Origin: Veleropilina oligotropha
Lineage: Eukaryota
Length of the DNA: 64,000 bases
Reading direction: 5' to 3'
Assembly: GCA_048128005.1 (NCBI GenBank)
Contig: JBEUKZ010000092.1
Location: 186,001 to 250,000 of the forward strand
The notes beneath the pieces are model-generated. The model saw only the letters and a program-made list of their open reading frames with translations. It was not told the DNA's origin and searched no databases. How positions within the stretch are numbered: position 1 is the stretch's first letter; every line of letters begins with the position of its first letter. A program made the position numbers and the translations under genes. Of the stretch, positions 1 through 9,879 are shown in pieces.

Positions 1-996
1 ATCTGCTGTGGGGACCAGGGCCAGCCACCACCGATTACGGGGGAGATGCCGCACGATTGGCTGCGAAAGACCGCGGACTACTACGAAGAAGTCGAAGTAG
101 ACTACAGGGCGAAAGACGACCCTGCCCTTCAAGCCCTGAAAAGGCGTATCCGTCTCCAGCCCGACAAAGTCCAGTGCCAGGAAATGCGTAAGACTCTCCC
201 CAGGTGCCTTGGATGGGACCGGTTTGTCAAAGCCTGGAAGCCTGGTGACCTAATCCTCACCAGCCGTCAGAAGGTCCGCGAACGGGCTCAAGAGCTGTTG
301 CTCCAGAGGCACAAGGACAATTTCCCAGATTCCCAGGTGCCTATCCTGTATCACCCCAAGGACAGCAGAAAGCAGAATATTGCTGTGACCATCCCCGGCA
401 CAGCGCGCAGCGAACAGCTAGTTCTCAACGACGTCTTTGAGGTCACCATTGAGGCCGCTGAGAGGGCTATCCTGACCCCGGATTGGCGCCTGGGCTATGC
501 TCTCACCATCCATTCGAGCCAGGGTCTTACGATTTACGACCCACAGAAAGTCTGGATCATCGACGACTACCTTCAGTGGAGCAACATCGCCTACCTAGCC
601 GTGTCCAGGGTGGAGTATCTGCATCAGCTCGAACGGGTAACCTGTCCTCCGGATGAGGGTTCTGAGGACAGCCCCCCCCACGCGCAAGCGCAGCAGAGCA
701 AGCAGCAGCTCCGAAAAACCATCCAGAGGAAGCTCATGGCATACATGCGCCAGGACCAGGCAAAGGGACTCCAGGGATTTAACCTCAAGGTCGAGGACAT
801 CCTGCAGCTCAAAGAAGCCCAAAACAGCCAATGCGCAGCATGCAACATAGAGCTGCTCTGGGCCTACCAGCCCAAAGACACACAGCAGTTCAGTGTCGAC
901 CGTGTGGACAACAGCAGGGGCCACATCCGCGACAACGTGCGCTTAACGTGCCTTGAATGTAACCGAAAAAGAGGGGCTGCTGCTGCTAACGCCTGA
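1..996 (+). CDS. SF1 (RecD/Pif1-like) helicase C-terminal half fused to an HNH/His-Me-finger-like domain; 5' truncated by the window edge
   Basis: Frame is open from base 1 (ICCGDQGQPPP = motif III). YALTIHSSQGLT is motif V and YLAVSRV is motif VI. The C-terminus has CAAC…SVDRVDNSRGHIRDNVRLTCLECN. Confidence 0.85.
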   Translation: MCCGDQGQPPPITGEMPHDWLRKTADYYEEVEVDYRAKDDPALQALKRRIRLQPDKVQCQEMRKTLPRCLGWDRFVKAWKPGDLILTSRQKVRERAQELLLQRHKDNFPDSQVPILYHPKDSRKQNIAVTIPGTARSEQLVLNDVFEVTIEAAERAILTPDWRLGYALTIHSSQGLTIYDPQKVWIIDDYLQWSNIAYLAVSRVEYLHQLERVTCPPDEGSEDSPPHAQAQQSKQQLRKTIQRKLMAYMRQDQAKGLQGFNLKVEDILQLKEAQNSQCAACNIELLWAYQPKDTQQFSVDRVDNSRGHIRDNVRLTCLECNRKRGAAAANA

Positions 997-1966
997 GAAC
1001 CGGCGGCAGCTGGGTGTTATGGGGCACCACGAGCAGTTCCTCACGAACAAAGCCACGCGGTGGTCCATCAAGCAAGTAGTAGAGCACAGGCTCGTCAGGC
1101 TTAGTGACAGATCGTCCAAGCCTGTGAACCGTCAAAGACCACACCGGGTCAGTGGCACGGCGACGACCCCCCTCCAGCTCACCATCGTAGCAAAGGTAAC
1201 GAACACCAACGCCTGAGGGGAGTTTCAGACCAACAGGGCGTCTAGCAGGAACCGACGGCTTTTGCGCGACCATCTTGGCCTTTACGGCATCAGATGGTTT
1301 CGTCCCTGTCAACCTGGTTATTTCATCGTTCAATGCGGAAACTACAGCCGGTAACCGGGCTACCCACTCAGTTGACCGCTGCCTGGCCGCGGACCGCATC
1401 TCGACTGCATACTGGTGCCCAAAGAGCCGTTCCGATAGGGTACGGTTAAACCGTTCTACAATGCCCTGATCCCGATGGATGTTCACCCGACCACGCCTAA
1501 CTTCGACATTATTCTTTGCCAGTATTTGCGACACAGTCCCCATGAACTCTCGCCCTGGATCAACCTGAAGCAATTTCGGCCATTTCATCGGCCCACGACT
1601 GTAGATACGGGCTAGTGCGGCAGCCACCTCATTAGAGTCCTTCGAGGTCAATGGCTCAGCTTCTTTATAGCGACTGGCCACATCAACCACAGTCAAAGCA
1701 TACTTATAGGTCTTGCGTCTGACCTTGTCGTGGGGGAGAAACAGGAGGTCGGCTTGGTGAACCTCATTGGGCACAGAGACGTCAAACCGTGGTCGTGGGA
1801 TGCGGCGAGGGGTGGGAAGGTTGATCTGCCATATAGTCTGCCTCTTAAGCCATGTCCGGGCCTCCACTTCAGACGCCTTGGCAGCCTCAGCTAGTTTCTT
1901 GATGGCTGCAATGCCTTTCCAGTAGCCCTTAGGGCTGTAGTATATCCTCGCAAGCTTACTATCCAT
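986..1966 (-). CDS. Retroviral-like (rve) DDE integrase of Polinton type
   Basis: HQADL…LTVVDVASRY…LQVDPGREF…GIVERFNRTL with the catalytic D-D-E intact. First ATG at 1966. No C-terminal chromodomain visible. Confidence 0.93.
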   Translation of the reverse strand: MDSKLARIYYSPKGYWKGIAAIKKLAEAAKASEVEARTWLKRQTIWQINLPTPRRIPRPRFDVSVPNEVHQADLLFLPHDKVRRKTYKYALTVVDVASRYKEAEPLTSKDSNEVAAALARIYSRGPMKWPKLLQVDPGREFMGTVSQILAKNNVEVRRGRVNIHRDQGIVERFNRTLSERLFGHQYAVEMRSAARQRSTEWVARLPAVVSALNDEITRLTGTKPSDAVKAKMVAQKPSVPARRPVGLKLPSGVGVRYLCYDGELEGGRRRATDPVWSLTVHRLGRSVTKPDEPVLYYLLDGPPRGFVREELLVVPHNTQLPPVLRR

Positions 1967-2180
1967 CAGCAATGTATTCCAGCAGCGTGATCAGTCTCCA
2001 ACAGGCTTCAGCTTCCGCCTCCGGAAGCTGCCCAATCGTCGCCCGTAGGTTGGTCGGGCCCGAGAGCACCAGGACCGCGAACCGCACCATAGTCTTTTCG
2101 TTGCGCCGCCAGCAGTCGAGTGACGTAGTACCAAGGCCCACCTCTAGCAAGGCAAAGTACAGCTCTTCTGGGAGCCCCAT
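1959..2180 (-). CDS. Small hypothetical viral protein (73 aa)
   Basis: Fills the gap between the 143-aa ORF and the integrase on the same strand, has an ATAATGG start context, and its stop overlaps the integrase start. Confidence 0.45.
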   Translation of the reverse strand: MGLPEELYFALLEVGLGTTSLDCWRRNEKTMVRFAVLVLSGPTNLRATIGQLPEAEAEACWRLITLLEYIADG

Positions 2181-2217
2181 TATTATACATGTCCACGAAA
2201 AAAATGTCCACTGGAAA

Positions 2218-2649
2218 TTATGGTAGGAGCTTGTAGGCTACCAACCCGGTCGCAGCCATCCCCAGGATGACGAAGGTGATCTCTCGCTTTTTCTGGTCAT
2301 CGCTCGGCGTGTAGTAGTCAGACAGGGCGGGCTCAGGGCCACCCCCCAAACCGGGGTCAAGGTTCTTGCCGGTGATCAAGGCATACCCACGGATAGCGGC
2401 GTCAACATCCCGGAATGTGCCAACGGCATGACCCTGGCGGCGAAGTTCAACGTTAAGCCAATCGAGACGCTCTGCCCGCTTTTGTGACCATGTAGTCTGA
2501 GCGGCCTGGAGCTGCTCTACGGCTTTGTCGTGGCGTTTACGCTCCTCATCAACACCGGAGCTGCGTAGCTTCGAGAATAGGAAGTTGGACCCGCTGAAGG
2601 CGAGGGCGTTGACGAGAGCGCCCCCAACCAGCATCGCAATGGAAGCCAT
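2218..2649 (-). CDS. Viral protein (143 aa) with hydrophobic N-terminus, coiled coil and C-terminal membrane anchor
   Basis: MASIAMLVGGALVNALAFSG…EERKRHDKAVEQLQAAQ…ITFVILGMAATGLVAYKL; intact ORF in the gene-dense cluster. Confidence 0.75.
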   Translation of the reverse strand: MASIAMLVGGALVNALAFSGSNFLFSKLRSSGVDEERKRHDKAVEQLQAAQTTWSQKRAERLDWLNVELRRQGHAVGTFRDVDAAIRGYALITGKNLDPGLGGGPEPALSDYYTPSDDQKKREITFVILGMAATGLVAYKLLP

Positions 2650-2679
2650 TGAAATGCTGCGATTATCTAGCAGGTCCCA

Positions 2680-2919
2680 CTACTTCAAAACGTCGGCCGG
2701 AATGATGCCTTGCTTGATCAGCATGTCCTTCATCGCCATGGCGAGCGCTACGTCGAGGACGACCATCCCAACATCGTAACCAGTGAAGTCCAGCTTGGGG
2801 CTCGCCCCCTTGAAGGCCATCTTTACCAGGCATGATTAGCCAATGGCGAGGCCTGACACTATGGCCGAGTGATAGACGGCATTGCCGAGCATCTTTCCAT
2901 CAGTAATCGGGGTAGTCAT
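2680..2919 (-). pseudogene. Small hydrophobic viral protein (79 codons) with one in-frame stop; not in the ORF track
   Basis: Manual translation: MTTPITDGKMLGNAVYHSAIVSGLAIG*SCLVKMAFKGASPKLDFTGYDVGMVVLDVALAMAMKDMLIKQGIIPADVLK. TAA at 2836-2838. Fills the intergenic gap. Confidence 0.65.
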
Positions 2920-2931
2920 GTTGTACTGCTA

Positions 2932-3513
2932 CTATGGCATATCAAAAGGGTTGGGCCTAGTTTCCAATTCGGTGGTGGTGGTGGGGTGGGCCGGGGTGGG
3001 GTAGGCCCTTGGGGGGGGGGGGGCTGCCTCGCCGGTGCTGGTGGCTGTTGATGTGGTGTGGAGGAACCACTGCTGCGTTTCCAGACAACAAATAACAACG
3101 CAACACCGCCTGCAGCGAAGAGGGGGGCCCAATTCAATGGGCCCGATTTCCGTGTATCTGACACTGCCGCGCCCCCCCACCCCCAACGGCGCGAACGTCC
3201 TTTTCGACCTCGGTCACCTCGGCCCCCGGGGGGGGGTATTACCACTGTGTTTGGGCTGTGCCTCCGGTAGGTCTGAAGGAACTTCGCTAACGGATACTTG
3301 TCGAGCGTCTTCTTTGAGTCTTCTAACGTCGGCAAGGAGCCTCTCCTGCTTGGCTTTCCGAGCAGCAGCACTGGCCCGACCCTCAGCCACCTTCTTAGGG
3401 TCCTTTTTACTCACTGATGAGTCTGTCGAAGAAGTCACCCACTCTATCGGCTGGGTCACCCTCTCTATCGGCGGGCTCGGTGCCGAAATTTGGTCCACTT
3501 CCAGCATTGTCAT
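2932..3513 (-). pseudogene. Basic/coiled-coil protein with a transmembrane segment and Pro-rich tail, split by two homopolymer frameshifts
   Basis: KKDPKKVAEGRASAAARKAKQERLL (frame of 3214..3561), then after G9 at 3228-3236 WAPLFAAGGVALLFVVWKR (frame of 2916..3371), then after G13 at 3011-3023 ELETRPNPFDMP* (frame of 2932..3186). The start could also be at 3555. Confidence 0.6.
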
Positions 3514-4207
3514 CTTGATCTCGCCCTCGCTCTGGTATCTTAGGCGGGCAAACATGTCCAAATTGGCAGTGCTTAGCCGTGGTCAACACGGCTGTCAGCG
3601 GGGCGAGCCACATGCCATACTTATAATACAACTCGCATGTGGCACCGCGGAGAGCATGTGCGATGAAAGGGTCAGCCTCGAGGTCAGCGACAAGTCGTGG
3701 TTGGTTCTCCAGTGGAATGGGCAAGAACATCCCAGCTGCACCTGCATAAAGTTGTATAGCGGCAGCCCCCAGGATTTTCGTCATCTCCGCACCCAGCTTG
3801 GCTTCGTACCGTGCATGGTGCTTGTCAATCTCTTCGTCGGTCATAGTGTCTATTCGGTCAACCGTGATGCTGCTCCCCAAGTATTTGCTAGCCTCTCCTC
3901 CGATGGCTAATGCCACAAGCCTCTCCCGTTTTTTTGCCATGGAGCCACTGACAGGTTCTGGGGGGTGGGGCCCAGGCCCCCCCCGCTGCGAGCAGTGTTC
4001 GGTCGTCGAGCCAGCGGGACGCAGACCGCTCAAGGTCGTTTCTTCCTCGTCATCCATGAGTTGATCGAGAAGGCTGTCCATCCTGAAGCGTTTCCAACAT
4101 CGCCTCTCCGGTCTAATATAACTGTAAATCCAGTACCACAATGTTACGAGTAGCAGCAACATCAGGCTCTGGCTGCAAGCAAAAGCTATATATACCGCGT
4201 TCGACAT
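3407..4207 (-). CDS. Hypothetical viral protein (up to 266 aa) with N-terminal hydrophobic segment
   Basis: Long intact ORF next to the ATPase, with a helical core KRERLVALAIGG…ARYEAKLG…DLEADPFI. The true start may be the downstream MDSLLDQL. Confidence 0.75.
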   Translation of the reverse strand: MSNAVYIAFACSQSLMLLLLVTLWYWIYSYIRPERRCWKRFRMDSLLDQLMDDEEETTLSGLRPAGSTTEHCSQRGGPGPHPPEPVSGSMAKKRERLVALAIGGEASKYLGSSITVDRIDTMTDEEIDKHHARYEAKLGAEMTKILGAAAIQLYAGAAGMFLPIPLENQPRLVADLEADPFIAHALRGATCELYYKYGMWLAPLTAVLTTAKHCQFGHVCPPKIPERGRDQDDNAGSGPNFGTEPADREGDPADRVGDFFDRLISE

Positions 4208-4260
4208 GCCTAGCTAGCTAAGTAGCTGCTAGGTAGATGCTAGGTAGATGCTGGTAGATG

Positions 4261-4893
4261 CTACAGCACACTATAGGCAACGGGCTGATCGGTCTTTAAC
4301 AGCAGCTTTGTGTGTCGGGTCTCGGCCAACAGCCGGCGCACCGCGGTTCTCTGATCCTGCGACGGGATTACGTCATTCTCGCGGAGACAGTCTTCAAAGC
4401 TGTCGCGGTCCTTGCAATGAAACAAAGCGACCCAACGGGTCTGTTCGCGGAGCTCCTTCAAGACCGAGTTGTACTTTTGCGTCACCACCCATACACTCTG
4501 CTCGGCATGCCTGCCGCTGAAGGCCAACGCAGTCAACATATCCCTCCTCTTGTCTAGGGCCTTGCTGGCGGCGCAGTCGTCGACGATATACAAATTAGGC
4601 TCCCCCTGGAACAGTCGGTAGAACCCCCGCAACCAGTCATGGAGTCGCTCACCGGGAGGGATCAAATACACCTCAGGGTCGGTCCAGATCCACGGACATG
4701 ACTGGTATGCTGTGTTGAACTTGATCGTGGGGCAGAGGATTACAATGTGCCGGAACACGCCTCGATACTCTCCTTTCAGCAGTTCCAGCATGAAAACCGT
4801 CTTCCCACAACCGGTCTGGCCGCAGATGATTGCGGAGTGGGGGTCCTTTGTGTGCGGAAATCGTCTAGTACAGTGCTGTGACAAAGCGTCCAT
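4261..4893 (-). CDS. DNA-packaging ATPase (A32/FtsK-HerA family)
   Basis: Walker A GQTGCGKT, Walker B LYIVDD, and the family motif SGRH…VWVVTQKY. Confidence 0.92.
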   Translation of the reverse strand: MDALSQHCTRRFPHTKDPHSAIICGQTGCGKTVFMLELLKGEYRGVFRHIVILCPTIKFNTAYQSCPWIWTDPEVYLIPPGERLHDWLRGFYRLFQGEPNLYIVDDCAASKALDKRRDMLTALAFSGRHAEQSVWVVTQKYNSVLKELREQTRWVALFHCKDRDSFEDCLRENDVIPSQDQRTAVRRLLAETRHTKLLLKTDQPVAYSVL

Positions 4894-6169
4894 CCTCGAT
4901 GTTCAGCTGTGCATCCATGATCACGTACAGGTAGACGTTCAACGGGCCGGCGGCTTCGCCTGTCTTAGTTATCTGGATGGTGACGCCCTTGCTGGTGTTC
5001 GCTATCCTCCGGCCTGACCCATGCAGCTGATCGTCGTCGGTTACCCGCAGGTCTATCCAGAGTGCGTACTTTTTGGTCAAGAACTCGCCCAGGGTGACGT
5101 CTGCCAGAGCCAAATCCTTGGCCACCAGGGCCACCTCAGGATGCCGCTTGCTGCTCGGATTGGAGGCGAACAGTTTTTTGGCTTCTTCCCACACCTGGTA
5201 TGAACGCATGCCCTGGCTGTAGATTTGATTCGGGACTCCCTCAATGGTGACCTCGACCTTGGTGATTTTCGGGTTGTAGAAGGCCTCGGTGTCGCGATCG
5301 AATGGTTGGGCGTCTCTCGCGGGATCCTCAAACAGCAATAGGATACCTTTCATGGACGTCGCCGGTACGTTCAGGTTAAGATTCCACAGCGTGTCGCTCT
5401 TGTTCCAGGTGAGCTTACGATGCCGGAGCACACGGTCGTAGAGGATGGCGAGGCGGCCCGAGTACTGGTTGCGTATCAATCTGGCAAGTTCTACCTGGGT
5501 GACCACGTCGTATTCGAGGCTGATGCTGTCGATGCTGTAGCTGGAGCCGGGGTCGTCCGTATTCTTGATCGTCCGGGAGTAGTCGTTGAACGTGAGTTCA
5601 TACTCGAGACGGTCCCCCAGGGCGCTCTGATAGAACGGCATGTGGCTCTCCAATAATTCGAAGTCCAGCGGGATGCAAAACCTATTACCATACGCGTCCA
5701 AGATGGCCACATCCTCAGAAACTCTGAAGGCTTCTGCCGCACCAACACGATGCTTCGTAGTATTTTGTCCGGTGCTGGTATCAATACCCTGGTACTGGGC
5801 GTTCTTGCGCTCCTGAGGCGTTTTCCAGAGGTCGCAGTAGCAATGGTACACGTCGGAGTCGTCAATAGACATTATCTCGTTGCCACTGATCTTTATCGTG
5901 GTCTTCTTGACCACGGCGCGTCCGATGTTCTGAACTACGGTCCTGTTTGGGTTAGCCGAGGTCAGAGAAATGATGAATGCCAGGTGGGCAGTCCCTGGAA
6001 CGATCACGTCATGAACCCCAAGATTCGGGAACCGCACCAATAGCTGCTGGTTGGCGGCGATCGTGGAGGGGTTGTTTGTAATGGTGACCGACTGTCGGGT
6101 ACCCTTGACCCCGAGGGGCTCTCGAAGTCTGCGGTATGGATCAAGCATGCGTCCGTATAGGCTGGCCAT
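4865..6169 (-). CDS. Major capsid protein (putative double jelly-roll), 434 aa
   Basis: Intact beta-strand-rich ORF of typical MCP size directly upstream of the packaging ATPase. N-terminal NNPSTI…LLVRFPNLG…VIVPGT…LAF and C-terminal GVTIQITK…LNVYLYVIMDAQLNI resemble Polinton-type MCPs. Confidence 0.85.
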   Translation of the reverse strand: MASLYGRMLDPYRRLREPLGVKGTRQSVTITNNPSTIAANQQLLVRFPNLGVHDVIVPGTAHLAFIISLTSANPNRTVVQNIGRAVVKKTTIKISGNEIMSIDDSDVYHCYCDLWKTPQERKNAQYQGIDTSTGQNTTKHRVGAAEAFRVSEDVAILDAYGNRFCIPLDFELLESHMPFYQSALGDRLEYELTFNDYSRTIKNTDDPGSSYSIDSISLEYDVVTQVELARLIRNQYSGRLAILYDRVLRHRKLTWNKSDTLWNLNLNVPATSMKGILLLFEDPARDAQPFDRDTEAFYNPKITKVEVTIEGVPNQIYSQGMRSYQVWEEAKKLFASNPSSKRHPEVALVAKDLALADVTLGEFLTKKYALWIDLRVTDDDQLHGSGRRIANTSKGVTIQITKTGEAAGPLNVYLYVIMDAQLNIEDGRFVTALY

Positions 6170-6181
6170 GTTGTTGTCGCT

Positions 6182-7530
6182 ATGGCTGATTTAGATGCGT
6201 ATCCAAGCTGTAGTATTCAAATGGCGGAATTCCCGAACCCCGCATTCGAGCCTGATGATCTCATCGACAACGATGATCTCATCGACAACGATGATACCAT
6301 CATCGACGATACTGATGTGGATAGATCCACCGACCGGTTTATGCCGGCGCCACAGGAAGGAACCAGCAGTCAGCGGCAAAAGCTCGTGAAGGATGCAGTT
6401 GATGACTACTACGACGCCCTGGCACGGGAGGGGCAAACCCCCGCCACGGGGCGAGATTATTCCCAGTTCAAGTACGTGGGGAAAAAATTGGTGATGACGG
6501 ACTACCCCGACATCGATCTCACTATAGACGGTAGACCAAAGGCGCTGTCAACACTAGCTAACCGGAAAGGTGGGGGTAAAGCGATCAGGGAGGGGTTGGG
6601 TTTTGTAGACTGGAAGCGGGAGAAAAAAAAGCCGTCCTCCAAAGCCGTTGCAGCTCTTCAGACAGCCGACAATGAGTTGAGCGGTGCGGCCGCCAATGTA
6701 GACACCGTAGAACTGCGGGACTTGGGGCGAACCGCTAATGACGCATCAGAAGCAATCCACAAAATGGAGACGACTTTCACAGATGCCAAGGTTGATGAGA
6801 TCTTGAGCACGATGGGGGACCCCCCATTAAATCTTCGTGAGCTTCGCTGGCTTGACAAGGCGATGCAGACAATCCGAGGCGAGCTCACGAACAACCTGGC
6901 CAAACTGACGGCGCTGGACGAACACATAGAGCTGGAGAAGAGGAAGCTCGATCAGGCAGATGAAGGGGGGGGGGTGTGGAGGAATTCGTTCGTCGACGAA
7001 TCGACGAACGTCTGCGCAACTTACAGGATGAACGAGCAGCTCGCCTAGAGGCAGCCGGATCCAGCCGGGAAGCCCTTCGCTCTCAAATCAGCCGGATCCG
7101 AGAGATGATAAGTCGGATTCTCCACTCAGACACGACGCTGGCCGAGCGCGTCCGGACCCTGTTCCGCGAGCAGGGGGTCACAATTGTGACCATACTGACC
7201 GCGATTGGTATGGCCATCTCGACTTTGGTACTAGCCCTAACAGGCGGAGCGCCGAGCAAACCACAACCCCCACCACCACCTCCCAGTGGTCAGGGGGTCA
7301 AGGAGTGGGTCAAAACGCAGCTGCGGACCCTGGGTAGGCTTCTGGGTAAACTAGTGGGGAAGTTGGCAGCCGCACTCCCAGGCATGATTGGAAGCCTGAT
7401 TTCTTGGCTAATCAATCTGGTTGGCAAGACTGCGTCGTGGCTCGCCGATAACCTGTGGGCTGTGATTATATCTGTGGGGGGCTTGCTTCTTATGACCGCT
7501 AGCCAGTTTGGGGTGCTGCCAGCCAGATGA
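6182..7530 (+). pseudogene. Long coiled-coil protein with C-terminal hydrophobic/amphipathic helices, split by one frameshift in a G10 run
   Basis: ORFs 6182..7048 and 6976..7530 join at G10 (6965-6974) into a continuous coiled coil followed by TLFREQGVTIVTILTAIGMAISTLVLALTGG and further amphipathic helices. The start may be at 6221. Confidence 0.75.
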
Positions 7531-8805
7531 ACGCTAGGCCAACGACAACGCCGCCCACGATGAGTGCGGTTTTCTCCTCGTCATGTGCCACAGCCCCGGC
7601 GGCGGGGGGGGGGGGGGCGCTGGAACAGCTGCCCCGGCCTCATCGTTTGGATGCTTCGGAGCATCTGCCCGTAAGACTGCGTCTTGTGGCATGACCAGTC
7701 CTGTTTCTCCAGTATCCCCAGTGGGTGGAACACTGGCCGCGTTGACGGTGGTATTAAGACCGAGTGGAAGGTCTTGCGTGGCAACTACGATTTCGTTATT
7801 ATAGCCTGCCATCTGCCCGATCCGTAGAAGCATGTCACTTGGCGCCATATACAGGCCAACGCCGAAGACGTAGTCCACCTTGGACCTGGCATACTGAAGC
7901 ACCTCTTGGCACCGTTTGATTGCTGCTGGGAGGTCCACTGGGGATGCGATGGCATCTTCCACGTTCGCCAGGAACTGTTTCTGCGCGTCAAATGCCGTCC
8001 CACTACCCAGAATGCTTGCACGTGTTTGAGCCTGCGCTCCAAGAATAGCCCAGACGTAGGTCCTAATGGAATCATTGAGCCTTTCCACGCCGGCCCTCGT
8101 GAATCCCACCGACTTGTCCAGGATGAAGGAAGCCCAACCGTTTGTAAGCGCCTGCGCTTGCGCGATGTAGTCCATGTGCAGATTCGAGTTGGTCGTACCT
8201 TTGGTGAAGGACATTCGGCTGGGATCATACGCACGACCTATGGGGTGGTAGCCATTGTTCGTCCAGTAGCTGTACGCGGTGCCGAGCCCTTTATTGGGAC
8301 CCTCGACTCGCCAGTCGGTGTGCGGAGACACTCCAAACTCGCTGCAGATCTTCTCATATGCCCTTCGATCATACGCGGTGTCGAATGCATCCTACGTCCT
8401 GTCTTGTGGCAGCGGCGCCTGAATTTCGGTCAGTACCCTTCTGACCTGATAGTAGACGTGGAAGGTGAATACGGCTCTGGAGAGGGGGTCGGTCGCATTC
8501 AAGTGGTCTTCTGAGGAGATCCCGGAACCTGTTGTGGCACACCAGACTGCGAAGTTGACCTTGTTCTGCCAAAATCGCATAGGTGTGCTGTTCCAATCTC
8601 GTATTTGCCGATCACTCGCGACGTGAGGGAGGCGGTATTTTTGAAAGACGTCGGGGTAGTCTGCCCCGAATGCAGGATGGGGAGATTCGGATGAAGATAT
8701 AACGACACTTGGTTTTGTAAGCTGCTCATCTTTGATCTTTGCTGGGTACACCACACGGGTCGAATAGACCGCACTCCTATTGAAAGCAAAGGCGCTCTTA
8801 GCCAT
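7499..8805 (-). pseudogene. Conserved-looking viral protein (~430 aa) with C-terminal membrane anchor; one nonsense codon and one homopolymer frameshift
   Basis: ORFs 8392..8805 and 7534..8331 are in the same frame, separated by a single TAG (8392-8394) followed by DAFDTAYDRRAYEKICSEFG. After G14 (7604-7617) another frame gives HDEEKTALIVGGVVVGLAFIWLAAPQTG*. Confidence 0.75.
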
Positions 8806-8809
8806 AGCT

Positions 8810-9524
8810 ATGTTTCACACCGTAACAAACGTTCAAACGGGGACCGCCGTTGCCCTCCTGCAGCCGATTGATAACCGGGAAGGCAAGCTATGTGTCGGCT
8901 TTCGGTCGCTCGACTATTGGGTCGGGTGGCACAACGTACACGCAGGAGCCTTCTTCCAAACCCCCAATACCACCGTGGAGGTAGCACCGGGTTTCTACAG
9001 CTTCGATTCCCTCGCTAGTTAGCATACAGCTAGATGTAAGCCATGCTACAGGACTCGCGCGAGTCGTGGTCCCAGAGGGGACTCGACTCGCGATAAGCGA
9101 CGATATACGGAAGCTCCTCAGCTTAAACCTTTCTTCGTTTATTCTCGATAAATCGGGGAATCCGCACCCACCCCTTCGAGGAGTACGGGGGAGGTCGGCC
9201 CCGGAGAGATCCGAGTGGCTACGCCCCGGGACTTATGACGGGAACAAGCCTGTCGGGTTTGCGATAGCCGCGACCCTACACGGCCATCTGGAGCAGCTCA
9301 GTACAACACACAATGTGAAGGACGCCGCCCCGGGCAATATTCTCGCGGTGGTCCCTATAACGTCGCAGCTGTTCGGTGAAGCTGCCCACTATCATAGCTA
9401 TCCCGCCCTCCGGCGACTACAGGCCGGGGTTCTCACAGAATTGAAGGTTTATGTCACAGATCCAGACGGTAACCCGATAGACAATCACGGTATGCCTATT
9501 TCCGCAGTCCTTGAGATACAATGA
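8810..9524 (+). pseudogene. Minor capsid (penton-like, single jelly-roll) protein, disrupted near 9020
   Basis: ATG at 8810. VGWHNV…VEVAPGFYSFDSL* then resumes in another frame (IQLDVSHATG…) and ends in LTELKVYVTDPDGNPIDNHGMPISAVLEIQ, a C-terminus typical of Polinton/virophage minor capsids. Confidence 0.7.
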
Positions 9525-9879
9525 GCAGCATCTACGGGACCCCCCCCCCTCCTGCTTGCAGATGAGCCTTCCCCGACCCGGTGGCACTTTGTTCTTAGTT
9601 GTGGGGAAGCACCCAAGAAGGGGCTGGCGAGGAGGGAGTTCACGATTCCAAACACTGGAGGTCGGTTTGGGTTGAACCCAGCCCTTCTAATGATCCACAT
9701 GACGCCGGTCCAGCCGGCAAGGGGGCGCCCCCAAAGCGTGTTCCATAAATAGCCTTGGCCTGGGTTCGGACAAGTTGGCCCTCGCCTTCACCATCAAGGC
9801 CCCGTGGGTGGGCACCCTGTATTTGAACGTTACGGTATACATTTGGAATCAACAGGCTGAACAGTACAGCCACGAATAA
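9521..9879 (+). pseudogene. Degraded small viral ORF between the penton and the 210-aa gene
   Basis: Starts with an ATGA overlap on the penton stop and ends with a TAATG overlap on the next start. Needs a frameshift at C10 (9540-9549) and has further lesions. Confidence 0.4.

Noticed and set aside
3035..3910. 291-aa plus-strand ORF (and similar antisense ORFs such as 7906..8514 and 9986..10420)
   Set aside because: Antisense shadows of better-supported genes in GC-rich DNA, with no recognisable motifs.
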